A stretch of 64,000 nt of DNA from Zootoca vivipara. Taxonomy: Eukaryota. Within the stretch, counting starts at the first letter, position 1. The number at the start of each line of letters is the position of its first letter. The stretch spans positions 43,152,001-43,216,000 of the forward strand of contig NC_083279.1 of the NCBI RefSeq assembly GCF_963506605.1. Reading direction: 5' to 3'. Below the pieces are notes generated by a model. It saw nothing but the letters and a program-made list of their open reading frames with translations. It ran no database searches and was not told the DNA's origin. A program made the position numbers and the translations under genes. Positions 25,786 through 37,283 of the stretch are shown here, piece after piece.

Positions 25786-26507
25786 TGCATGTAATACAAT
25801 TCTCATGCACTGAACATAACGTTGCTCTCATCAGGTTTTCTTTTTTAATTAGGAAATGCTATTCTTGTAATACATATATACAAACCAGAACTATAGTTCT
25901 TTCAATACCTAAAATCTTAACCCAGCAAACCTGATTGCATCCTTTATTTGAAAGTACAATTTCAGATAAGACATATTTCCCAATAGCAGGAAGCACTCTC
26001 CCTACTCCAGAAGTTATTAAAAAGAACATTTGAATTGTTTAGTGAAAAACTGAGAAAAATTATGAATTGTCCTATTAAGCTGAAAAGAGACTATGTTATG
26101 TATAAGAAGTAGAAATAAAAATTCTCCAATCTGTTCCTAGGTGTGTAGATTGTACATCATGAGGAAATAAAAGCTAATTAGTTTTTGCATGGGATGGTAG
26201 GTTGAAAATACGTATTTCTGAGTCACGCATGTTTATTGAACAAAATAAATGTATGGCACGCTGACAGGTTTAAACTAGTAATGTTATGGAAAATATGAGG
26301 CAACAAAAATTAAGATGTACTTTTGTTGAATACTAATGAATCTCTGCTGTTTATACTTGCTTGTTTGTTTGCTTTTTCAATTTTAGGGCATTATCCAGGC
26401 AAATCATGTACCACGAGGCTTGTATTGTATGGTAAAATAAAGGGGCCCACATTTGCTGACCAGAGACTTTGTTTTAGGCAAGTGGCATAGCAGTGGGTAC
26501 TCTCATT

Positions 26508-26555
26508 GTTAGTAGGGTTCTGTTAGTAGCAGTATTTGCAAACATACATGTTTGC
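26508..26555 (-). promoter_or_regulatory. Candidate intronic splicing-regulatory module downstream of exon 41 (hairpin plus two CTACTAAC)
   Basis: Sense strand: GCAAACATGTATGTTTGC palindrome (26538-26555), then CTACTAAC at 26522-26529 and 26508-26515. Confidence 0.6.
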
Positions 26556-26569
26556 CAGGAACAACTCAC

Positions 26570-26752
26570 AATTTGTGCATAGTTGAGTCTTCGAAATTGA
26601 GCAAATTTGCTCTCAATATCTCGCCAGCGCTTGCTGAGCTGTATCAGGGTTGGTTCCACTGCTTTTGCAGCCCCATCCTTAGACAAGCGATCAGCTTGTC
26701 TCTGTACCGCATTCAGCTCTTCCTTCTTCTTCTCCAATTCTCGATCAATTTC
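26570..26752 (-). CDS. DMD: Dystrophin exon 41 orthologue (183 nt)
   Basis: EIDRELEKKKEELNAVQRQADRLSKDGAAKAVEPTLIQLSKRWRDIESKFAQFRRLNYAQI; TAG acceptor, GTGAGT donor. Confidence 0.98.
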
Positions 26753-27637
26753 CTATTGAGCAAAATCAATACAGGGCCCAGGACAATTAGCTAACTAGAT
26801 AATAAACTCCTAAGAATTAGCAAAATACTTCGGTAGAATCTTTCCCAACTTTATTGGTACAAACAAAAAAAGTACACTTATTTTTATTTATTTTTGTTTA
26901 CATTTAGACAGGAAAAACAAAACAAAAGGTGAGTATTGGGTCATTGATTTTAGATATTTAAGTGACATGTGTATTCTGGATAGTAATGTGGGCCCATATA
27001 TTAACTGTCTAATACTCCCTAGCACAGTCTGACAGGTAATTGGAAAGATAGCTGTAATGTACAGAAACCACATATTAAATACCCATAGTGATTGTCAGTT
27101 GCATGGTTAGAGTTTTTAATTGTTTTTCTAATACTGAAAAGAACTCAACGTAGAATGAAGCAAAAGAAGACGGTGCAAAATAAACGAGGCAATTCTTTGA
27201 CAACAAATAAGTAAATCTTTAGAATTTTGACAATGAAGTATGTTTATGTTCTGATGAAAATGAATGTGCTAACATGAAAAAAAGAGTTCATCCATATACC
27301 GAAAAGTCATTTGCTCATCTGGAATAAAGATACAGAATCAATTAATTTTTTTCCCCTATAAAGCAATGGAAGTTTCTAAACAGAGTACACTTGGTATACA
27401 CAAGTAAAGTATTATTTCCTATAATTTTCTAAAATCTATTTAATGTAACATTTGCAAGGATAGGAATATGCAATTCAACAAGCATTACTTAAATCATTTA
27501 AATAATAATATTAAGTACTTAACTACTATAACTCTACATCTTATTACATTTACATACAGAATGACACATATATGAACATATATATAATAATTACAATTAT
27601 AAAATAATATGTAACACTGCTTCTAAAATGGCATTAC

Positions 27638-27790
27638 CTTTAGCTTCTGTTCATCTTGGGGGTCTGGTAAGCTTGCTATTTTTTTCTCAATGTCATCCAG
27701 CCAGCTCATTAGATCATCAGCCTGCCTCTTATACTGATACCATTGAGGAGAAATCTCCAAAGCTTTTTTCCTTCTTTGAGACCTCAGATC
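27638..27790 (-). CDS. DMD: Dystrophin exon 40 orthologue (153 nt)
   Basis: DLRSQRRKKALEISPQWYQYKRQADDLMSWLDDIEKKIASLPDPQDEQKLK; CAG acceptor, GTAATG donor. Exons 40-41 encode repeat R15, which utrophin lacks, supporting DMD over UTRN. Confidence 0.98.
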
Positions 27791-28295
27791 CTGTTCACAA
27801 TGCAGACATTATCAGAACTGCAAAACAAGCTCATACTATGGCCTAGTTTGCATGTTGCAATAAGCCACAGTTTGTCTTAAACTATGGTTTAATTGTGATT
27901 CTACCTTCCGCAGCCATGCAGGTTCCGTCAGCTTCTCCCCCTGCCCAAGCCGTTCAGGCAACCCATAATATTATTTCATGTTTTATCCAAGAGACAATTT
28001 GGGATGAAAACCTCTGCAGCACGCAAAGAGCAGTCTGCCATCAGCCTGCTGTATCCATACCTCAGTGCTACCTGGCTGGCCATCTCGTTAGACAAAGAAA
28101 CTACCTTTGGTAACTATAACTTTGCAGAGCATGTATGAGTGGGGTTTTGTGACAGAGCTCTTGAATCAATGAAATCGATAAATTAGTTTGGAAAACGGGT
28201 GTCACTGTCTTGGTCCTTATGCTTTGATCCTGGCTTGCGTTTGTGATCAGTAGCAGATGATGGAGTAGGGCAGGCTTACTTGGAAGGTAAGACTC

Positions 28296-28430
28296 CAGGC
28301 ATCCCCAAACTGCGGCCCTCCAGATGTTTTGGCCCACAACTCCCATGATCCCTAGCTAACAGGACCAGTGGTCAGGGTGATGGGAATTGTAGTCCAGAAC
28401 ATCTGGAGGGCCAAAGTTTGGGGATGCCTG
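28296..28430. mobile_element. Palindromic hAT MITE, copy 1 (no direct TSD)
   Basis: CAGGCATCCCCAAACT...AGTTTGGGGATGCCTG; near-identical to 29455-29590. Confidence 0.9.
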
Positions 28431-28434
28431 GAGT

Positions 28435-28572
28435 CTTACCTTCCAAGTCCCGGACTGCAGAATCCGGGACCGGCAGCCGTGTGACACCGGAAGTTGCGTC
28501 GACGTAACTTCCGGTGTCGCTTTGCCCTTCTATGGGCACCAAAAATGGCCGTCACTGGCTTCGAAAGTCGCT
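28435..28572. mobile_element. Truncated CpG-rich MITE fragment
   Basis: Internal palindrome GACACCGGAAGTTGCGTCGACGTAACTTCCGGTGTC; shares AAGTCGCTT with the 19572-20006 element. Confidence 0.55.
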
Positions 28573-29068
28573 TGCCAAGCTGTAATGGGGTTTGACTATA
28601 ATGATGTGATTGATTATAACCAAGGACTTCTATGGCTTTTCTTTAAATATTGAAACATCTGTATGTACCTCAATATGAGAGAAGTAGCAGGGCTACTACT
28701 TGTTATGAATGCTGCAGCAAGGTCATATATCTATATAGCATCTATACAGCACGCACAGTTGTGCACAGTGTGATTCTGTTTGCCAAAAAGAAAAAACAAC
28801 ACTTCCTCTCCCAGGGTGTTTATAGAACCTGCTAATTAAATGTGAACATGAACTATATCACTGAATGGACAGCAGCAGTTCTTCTTTTTCTTAAACAACA
28901 ACTAGAAAACCATTGTGGAAGACCCTATCTATGTGGAGGGGGCAAGATGCTATGGTAGATGCTAAAGAACCTCAGCTGTAGAGACTGCTGAACTCTCCAT
29001 CCCTGTACAATACTGACATGTTTTAAAAAGATCAGAGAATTTGTGCATTTATTAGTTATGTTCTCTAC

Positions 29069-29206
29069 CTTGAGAGCATTATGCTTAGTCTGCAACAGGT
29101 GCTGTTTACTTTTTATTTCCTCTCTTTTTCTTTCATCTGTGATTGTCTGGTGAAGCACATTTCCTCGTTGAAGCAGTTCTTTTACAGTACCCTCATTATC
29201 TTCACT
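29069..29206 (-). CDS. DMD: Dystrophin exon 39 orthologue (138 nt)
   Basis: SEDNEGTVKELLQRGNVLHQTITDERKREEIKSKQHLLQTKHNALK; CAG acceptor, GTAGAG donor. Confidence 0.98.
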
Positions 29207-29347
29207 CTGATTTTTTTTTAATGAAAAGAAAAAGAATTAATGTAAACCACATTCTCTACAAATATACAGTATATATACATAAAGCAAGACTGCTTAGCCT
29301 GTTGAATCTTGAAAATCTTGAAAAAATATATTGTGCTATTACTAATT

Positions 29348-29376
29348 ATCATCATCATCATCATCATCATCATCAT
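29348..29376. repeat. (CAT)n microsatellite
   Basis: Direct reading. Confidence 0.9.
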
Positions 29377-29454
29377 TTATACACCATGAATATACATGGT
29401 GTTTCATACATTAACAAGAAAAAGAAATGGCCCTGCAAGCAGAAGTCCTTAAAC

Positions 29455-29590
29455 CAGGCATCCCCAAACTGCGGCCCTCCAGATGTTTTGGCCTACAACT
29501 CCCATGATCCCTAGCTAACAGGACCAGTGGTCGGGGAAGATGGGAATTGTAGTCCAAAACATCTGGAGGGCCGAAGTTTGGGGATGCCTG
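29455..29590. mobile_element. Palindromic hAT MITE, copy 2
   Basis: Same TIRs as copy 1; perfect 8-bp TSD CCTTAAAC. Confidence 0.92.
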
Positions 29591-30564
29591 CCTTAAACTC
29601 AAAAAAGTCAGCAGAGGGTAGATGTCAGAGGCAGGGGGTCAAGGAAGAGGGAAGAGTAAACAAAAGAGAAATATCCTTGGGCCTTTTCCATCTGGTCCCA
29701 AATCTGTTGTCCTTTGCTTTAAAGCTTAATTTAACTTTCCTTGCAGGGTAGCCTTCCTGCTGAAAGTCAGCCAAAATTTGCATCTATAGATATATATTGT
29801 TTCATGCAAGTTTTATCCATATTCATATCACGAGCCTCTACTTATGAAATAAGAACTGAAAGCTTGTATATGGATGTTCATCCTTCAGAGCTACAGTAGA
29901 AGTGTCAATGGGAAGCAGCAGTGACATAAGCCACATATTTGAAATGATTTATATTGAGGATTCACTAGTATCAGGTGAGAGACTGTGCAAGTCTTGAACC
30001 AATTCTTAGATGGAGTGTTGCACCCAAAAAATCCATGAAGATAAATTTGACATTGTGCTTTTCAGAAAATTTCAACTTTACTAATAACTTTAGTAACATC
30101 TAACAATACTAACAAATTAATCAATAACATACATAGAAAAAAAGCAAATGTAAGAGATTTGACAATACAGACAAGAGTTCGCCTCATGTTTGCAATAGAC
30201 ATTTCCAGTATTTTGGTGAATCCTGGAATTACAGGCTTCCTGGGGAAAATTTGGCAAACTGCATTATCTAGGCACATATAATTTTGTTTCTTAGCTGCAG
30301 AGCTTTCACTAATTTTGATGTTGAAGATTGAATGATGTCAAAGTTGTGATGATTTGAAGATACCAAATATTTGTGCAGTTATAAAATTATGCTATCTAAA
30401 GCCACACCAATTTCACTCCCCTTTCCACAAATTAACAACAGGTGCCTAATCATTTAAGAATTTGTCATGAGTACAAATATTGCACCTTTCCATCAATATT
30501 CAACACCTTTATAGAAGGATTTCAAATAACTGAAATCAGAAACAAAGGGATATGAAAAGTATAA

Positions 30565-31329
30565 TGTGGGTTCACCATCATGGTGAGCACGATTTGCGGT
30601 GGGGGCTTAACAAACCACTCCTGAGTTCCAAAGGTGGGGGCATGAGTGGTCACTGTGGAACAGGTCCTCGGCTGTGGCTGGACAAATTTGGATGTTGCAA
30701 TTTGATGGGTCAGCCCCCTTGGTATAAAAGCCAAAGAGAGAGGTTTCTCTTTCTCTTTGGCTGCGTTTTTGGATCCCCACCCTTCCTCCACTGTTTTTAG
30801 GCCTCTGTGTTGACATTGCTGTGCCTCTCATGGGGTCGCTTGTATTCAGGGGCCTGGTAGGAATTTTTCTATTTGGCTGATTGGCTGGTGCCATCTGGTT
30901 TTTGCCTAGCAAATAGTCACAACTTGTAAGGTTGGCGGTTAGGCATTGGTTATTGGTTGTATATGGGGTCTGTTGACTGTGTTGGCCCCTTGTGTTAATG
31001 CCCAGTCAGAAATACAGGGGCTCTATGCCGTGTCCATAACCCCGGTAGTGGACCAGCAACACGCATGAGCCCCTGGGAGCCTGAGGGGAGAGGGGAGAGC
31101 CTATTGGACCCAACTCCCTGTCTCTCCCTGTAGAGTTTCCCCTTGTTGACAAGGGGAGTTTCTGTCCTTAGGTGACAGTTGGAGAACCAATGCCTACGCA
31201 ACCACTCACTTGTTTGATATTTTTATTTCAATAAAAGTTGTGTCCAAATTCATGCCAAAAACCATTAAACAAAAATTCTGTCTATTGTGTGAGTTATTTG
31301 AGGGGTCGTTTTGGGGACCTCCACACACA
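30565..31329 (+). mobile_element. Probable solo LTR
   Basis: TGTGG...CCACA termini, TATAAAA near 30723 followed by a pyrimidine-rich stretch, AATAAA at ~31230; no convincing TSD, boundaries uncertain. Confidence 0.45.
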
Positions 31330-31465
31330 AAATGAATAGTTGACATCATCCACAGCTTGACTTTTCCTGCCTCTGCTTTAGTCAGCATCAGGTTAAATGA
31401 AAGATTTGTAGATTGATCCAGCATATCTATAACTTGGTGCTAGACATACACTTCTATTTCAGATA

Positions 31466-31714
31466 CAGTCAAACCTCGGTTTGCGACCGCCTCTGTTTGT
31501 GACCGCTTTAGTTTCTGACCACCGCAGACCCGGAAGTGTTTACATCCAAGTTCCGCGGCGCTCGGATGCGCATAAGCGATCTGCGCAGCTCACGCATACG
31601 CAGAAGCTCTATCGGCGCTTCACACACACGCAGAAGGGTGCCTCAGGGAGCAACAAATTCGGGGAGCAAACGGCTGCCCGGAACCAATTGTGGTCGTAGA
31701 CGGAGGTATGACTG
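31466..31714. mobile_element. Tigger-like MITE
   Basis: TA-CAGTCAAACCTCGG ... ACGGAGGTATGACTG-TA. Confidence 0.85.
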
Positions 31715-31958
31715 TAATTATTCTGAAGGAATAAGCAAGTATTATTCTATGAAAGTTAACATTGTATATATTACCAGAACATTTTGATGACAATGCTACA
31801 AACAGTAAACGCTGCAGTATAATTTTATAGCAGCTAAACAGAATGATTGTGTGTTTAACCTGTCTAAAGAGTCATATGCAAACGTAGAGGTTTCTAATTT
31901 TTACTCCAGCACTTATTCCATTTCCATTTTATTCATACTCCCATCACAACCAATTTAC

Positions 31959-32081
31959 CATATCTTTATTGAAGTCTTCCTCTTTCAGATTCACCCCCTG
32001 CTGAATTTCAGCCTCCAGTGGTTCAAGCAATTTTTGTATATCGTAGTTAAACTGTTCCAATTCCTTCAAAGGAATGAAGGG
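31959..32081 (-). CDS. DMD: Dystrophin exon 38 orthologue (123 nt)
   Basis: PFIPLKELEQFNYDIQKLLEPLEAEIQQGVNLKEEDFNKDM; AAG acceptor, GTAAAT donor. Confidence 0.98.
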
Positions 32082-33166
32082 CTTTAAAAAACGGTTGGAA
32101 AGTTGGGAAGGGGGAGAGAGAAAGGAAGATTGTCAATTTTACATCACATACTGTTTTATTACAGGCATAAACCAAAGTGACATATCAGTTTTACCCCCAA
32201 CTGTTAAATTAATTACATACACATTTTGGGTATTTTACAAAATAGCTTTTATGTAACAAAACTAGTGGTAGTACCTTGCTTGATCAATCTTTATTTATGG
32301 CTCTTACCTAGCAGTTTTGTTTATGTGGCAAAAGGAACTTCATCAACCATATAAAAACATCATAAATCATAAAAATGAAAAAGCAATATTAAAACTATAT
32401 AAAAGCCATAAAATGATAAAAGCCACAATCAATATAAAGGTATTTGCTGGGGGTTTTCCCCAACTTCTCCACCAACAAAGCAAATATGCTTAATGAATAC
32501 ATATTTGGCTTGGATTGGTAGATGCATGTAAATAAATATGTAGAATGTGCATTCAATGAATTTTAAACTTTATGAGAACTGGGGAGGAAACACAATCCTG
32601 ACATTTTGTTTAAACCTGGCCTATCAGAAATCCATCACACATTCAGAAGCAATTTTTCCACAAATATGCATATATATCATATTCTATATTGTTTTAAACT
32701 TCAAAATCTAATTTTAAATAAAGGCAGAAATATAACCATATTAATAAAACAGAAAAGTGTTCCACAATTTCTGAATATTTCTAGCACAGTATATTAAAAA
32801 TATACCACTTTAAAAAGGGGGGAATCACCTGTCCCCCCCCTCCCTGTCCCAAACAAAAGCAATATTGGGATTTAGAAAACTTCATGAGAAGGCTTAGTTA
32901 CTGTAAATTATAATACTGTCTTTAATTTAGAATCTTATCATGACTAAGGACTACTTATGAACTTCAATAAGTTAGATTTCACTTGTTTTCATTAATGCAT
33001 CACATGGGGAAAATTAATATGTGTGTACTTACAATTTAATATAAAGTCTTAAGTGCATTATAAGACTAAGATGTAAAATGATCGAATTGTTACATAGTGA
33101 ACTTCCATTTTTGTAAACTTTGAACATCCTCATTGATGTGGTGCATTTTTAATCATTCATAAACAA

Positions 33167-33380
33167 AGAAGAAGAAGAGTTTGGATTTGATATCCCGCTT
33201 TATCACTACCCGAAGGAGTCTCAAAGCAGCTAACAATCTCCTTTCCCTTCCTCCCCCACAACAGACACCCTGTGAGGTGAGTAGGGCTGAGAGACTTCAG
33301 AGAAGTGTGACTAGCCCAAGGTCACCCAGCAGCTGCATGTGGAGGATTACGAGCCTACCGCTATTAACCACTACACCACA
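33167..33380 (-). mobile_element. SINE with MIR/CORE-like body and (TTC)n tail
   Basis: (AAG)n followed by ...ACACCCTGTGAGGTGAG...GACTAGCCCAAGGTCAC...ACCACTACACCA. Confidence 0.7.
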
Positions 33381-33949
33381 CATCCCTTTCAAATTCCTGG
33401 CATTAGATCCACTTTTAAGACTTTCAGGTGTTAGACACAAGACTACTCAGCTAACACACTGCCATAAACCAATTATTCCAGCAACTTTAAGCAAAATGAG
33501 CTGTTAAAACATGTGACAAATGACAAAGGTTTACAGTCATGTAAGTAAAAGAGACATTGTTTGGGAACATACAGTTCCGTGTTCCAAGATAAAATGGATC
33601 AAAAGATAATTTAGCCCATGGCATTGCCCTAAGCACACATAATTCAGTTCTTCACATATCAGTCTGAGCAATTTTGATTCTCAGTGAGACTTCATTTCAT
33701 AAAATGGGACCATTTATTTCCATTTCTCCTGGAGCTTCTTCATTCCTAAAAATGCTTTTTTCACACTGGGGGTCACTCTGGAATAGAGTGACATGGGGTG
33801 TAGGGCTGCAGTAGTAAGAGAAAATGGGAAAAAGCGCCTTCTGTTTATGAACCTCACCCATAGTTGGTCAATGACTTTTTATTGCAACCATTTGAAATGT
33901 CTGGTTGACAATTTGCTGCTGGGCCAAGTTACTACTACTACGGTATAAA

Positions 33950-34350
33950 GCAACTTATATTTAAATAACCACCTCACTTTTTTATACCCTTGCCTGACCT
34001 TTATGACCTGCAACTGACTCACAATTTGCCATTCCTTGTTATTATCAACTAGAAATAGTGCATTCAGTGTTGTGGCACTGAACTCATGGAACTCTTTGCC
34101 CACTGAGATTAGACTGACACATTCTGTAATGTGTTTTAGGCATCACCTTAAAAATTTGTTGTTATAGCAAGCCTCCTCTTGAAGGTGGCCTGTATTGTAT
34201 TTCTGTGAACTCATGTGAGCATGCTGCATTTTATTCTGTTTTCTGTATGGATTTGTTCATTTTATTCTGTATTGGTTTTAAATTTTATACACTGCATAGG
34301 TATATTGATTTGATTATGGGGTATAAAAATTGACCCGATAAATATATATA
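33950..34350 (+). mobile_element. Old L2-like 3' fragment
   Basis: GCATTCAGTGTTGTGGCA...TGGAACTCTTTGCCC (AFSVVA..WNSLP) followed by T-rich 3' UTR. Confidence 0.55.
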
Positions 34351-34879
34351 AGCCCTTGAGCAAATGTTATTAAGTAATCATGGGATAAAAGAATAGATAA
34401 GACCAGTATTGCATTCTGTGTGAATTAAGGTGGGTTTTCAGATGTTCCCATTTTTGTAAGTTTCTGGTTATTTATATAAAAAAGAATACATATTATTCAT
34501 ATTTTGGCATGAAGGATGGTAGAACATACATTTACAAAATCGTATTTTGAAAATCTTAGCCACAAAAGGCAGAGCTGTCACAGACGTTTGTCAGGAAGAG
34601 AACACTGTTCAGTTGAAATAAACGGAGGGAGATTTTAATGACTATTTTGGACAAAAATTTTTTTAGCATACCTTGGACTTAACTGTGCTTCCACTAGAAC
34701 ATATTTCCTGCCAAGGAGTAAGACAGAATACCTCACATAACCTCACATAACCAGGTCTACCAAGAAGCAAGTCCCATTGAATTCAATGGCATTTGCTCCC
34801 AGGTAAGTGGAGTTAGGATTGCAGCTTAATACCACATCTTTATTAAAGGATCTTTTTGCCACCACATCCTCAGGGAGCT

Positions 34880-36152
34880 TTGTTGTTGTAGTCGTTTAGT
34901 CGTGTCCGACTCTTCGTGACCTCATGGACCAGAGCACGCCAGGCACTCCTGTCTTCCACTGCCTTCCGCAGTTTGGTCAGACTCATGTTGGTAGCTTCAA
35001 GAACACTGTCCAACCATCTCATCCTCTGTTGTCCCCTTCTCCTTGTGCCCTCCATCTTTCCCAACATCAGGGTCTTTTCCAGGGAGTCTCCTCTTCTCAT
35101 GAGGTGGCTAAAGTATTGGAGCCTCAGCTCCAGGATCTGTCCTTCCAGTGAGAACTCAGGACTGATTTCCTTCAGAATGGATAGGTTTGATCTTCTTGCA
35201 GTCCATGGGACTCTCGAGTCTCCTCCAGCACCATAATTCAAAAGCATAAATTCTTCGGCGATTAGCCTTCTTTATGGTCCAGCTCTCACTTCCATACATC
35301 ACTACTGGGAAAACCATAGCTTTAACTATACGGACCTTTGTCGGCAAGGTGGTCTCTGCTTTTTAAGATGCTGTCCAGGTTTGTCATTGCTTTTCTCCAA
35401 AGAAACAGACGTCTTTTAATTTCGTGACTGCTGTCACCATCTGCAGTGATCATGGAACCCAAGAAAGTAAAATCTATCACTGCCTCCATTTCTTCCCCTT
35501 CTATTTGCCAGGAGGTGATGGGACCAGTGGCCATGATCTTAGTTTTTTGATGTTGAGCTTCAGACCATATTTTGCGCTCTCCTCTTTCACGCTCAATAAA
35601 AGGTTCTTTAATTCCTCCTCACTTTCTGCCATCAAGGTTGTGTCATCAGCATATCTGAGGTTGTTGATATTTCTTCCGGCAATCTTAATTCCGCCTTGGG
35701 ATTCATCCAGTCCAGCCTTTTGCATGAAGAATTCTGCATATAAGTTAAATAAGCAGGGAGACAATATACAGCCTTGTCGTACTCCTTTCCCAATTTTGAA
35801 CCAATCAGTTGTTCCATATCCAGTTCTAACTGTAGCTTCTTGTCCCACATAGAGATTTCTCAGGAGACAGATGAGGTGATCAGGCACTCCCATAGTTTGC
35901 TGTGGTCGACACAGTCAAATGCTTTTGCATAGTCAATGAAGCAGAAGTAGATGTTTTTCTGGAACACTCTAGCTTTCTCCATAATCCAGCGCATGTTTGC
36001 AATTTGGTCTCTGGTTCCTCTGCCCCTTAGAAATCCAGCTTGCACTTCTGGGAGTTCTCGGTCCACATACTGCTTAAGCCTGCCTTGCAGGATTTTAGGC
36101 ATAACCTTGCTAGCGTGTGAAATGAGCGCAATTGTGCAGTAGTTGGAGCATT
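34880..36152 (-). mobile_element. BovB (RTE) LINE, 5'-truncated, ~1.27 kb, disrupted RT
   Basis: ELPEVQAGF, FIDYAKAFDCVDH, GVRQGCILSP, NLRYADDT motifs; (CAA)n tail; perfect 11-bp TSD CTCAGGGAGCT (34869-34879, 36153-36163); frameshifts. Confidence 0.97.
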
Positions 36153-37283
36153 CTCAGGGAGCTAGGAAGTTCCAATAGACACAAATCAGATTCTACTGTC
36201 TTTATGTGAGAGGGATGAGAGGGAGGCAAGCAGAGACACCACCTGTGCCAGTCAGACTGGCCCCTCTCCTGTATGGAGGAAGAAAAAGGGCTGGGGGAGG
36301 GCTCAGCTCCAGAAGCTCCTTGCTGATCTCTCCCTCACTGCTCACAGTCTCCACAGTTTGATGGAGGCTCTGCCAGCCTTTGGCTTAAACCAGTTATCTG
36401 GCCCTTTTGAGGCAGATTATACTTCCAGATTTTCCTTAGCCTCAACCTGCCTCACCACCAGCCTTCACACTTCAGTCTTCTCCTTCAGCTTCTTCCTCTT
36501 CTGGCCCATTCTTGGACAGTGGTAGAACTGGCATTTTTATGTTCCAGCCAGCCTACCACTCATTCAACCAATCAGATTTTAAGTGGCACAGAATTCATTA
36601 TCAGACCACTTTTCCCATTCAAGGAGTGACCAATGATTTCTATCCAGGAAGCCAGTGAGAAGCAAAATATTACAATTGTCTAATATCAAATAAAATAACC
36701 CAGGTTTTCTCAACTAACTTACCTTTCTATGACAATTTTTGCCTGATTTTTAAATATACAAATATTTTAGCCGAGCCTGTTGCTTTCTAAAAATGCTACA
36801 GTATTAATCCCTCATCCTTTGGCTTCTATAATCTTAAAGATGCCTAAATAAGTGTGATTAAAAGAAAATGGTCTCAATTACAATAAGATTAAAATCTTGG
36901 TCAGATTTAAAAGACTAATGTAACACAAATAAAAATCCTCTCAGCTGTAACTCATTTCTTGATAAATAAATTCTACTCAGTATTTTATTTCAATTTCCAT
37001 AAGAAAATGTGTCTGAGGGCAAACTAGTCAACATTAAATCAAGGCATCGCTAAGATTAACTGAAAGAAACAAATAGGAGTGTTGGATCTTCAAGACTGAA
37101 CACAGACAATTGGTACCTGAGGCAGAAAGTTCAAGTAGCAACATTATACAAATAAACCACTCTTTAATAGCACCCATAATTTGCTACCTAAGGCAGCCAC
37201 TTCATCTTGCCTAATGGTAAGGTCGTTTTTGATTATATCATTACAGTTTTAGTACTTTATTTAAACCCAGAGAACAATAACAT

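Noticed and set aside
36715-36745. Cryptic exon at a perfect AAG|GTAAGT donor in intron 37
   Set aside because: Best candidate exon is 20 nt (frameshifting) with an A-rich acceptor; chance donors are expected
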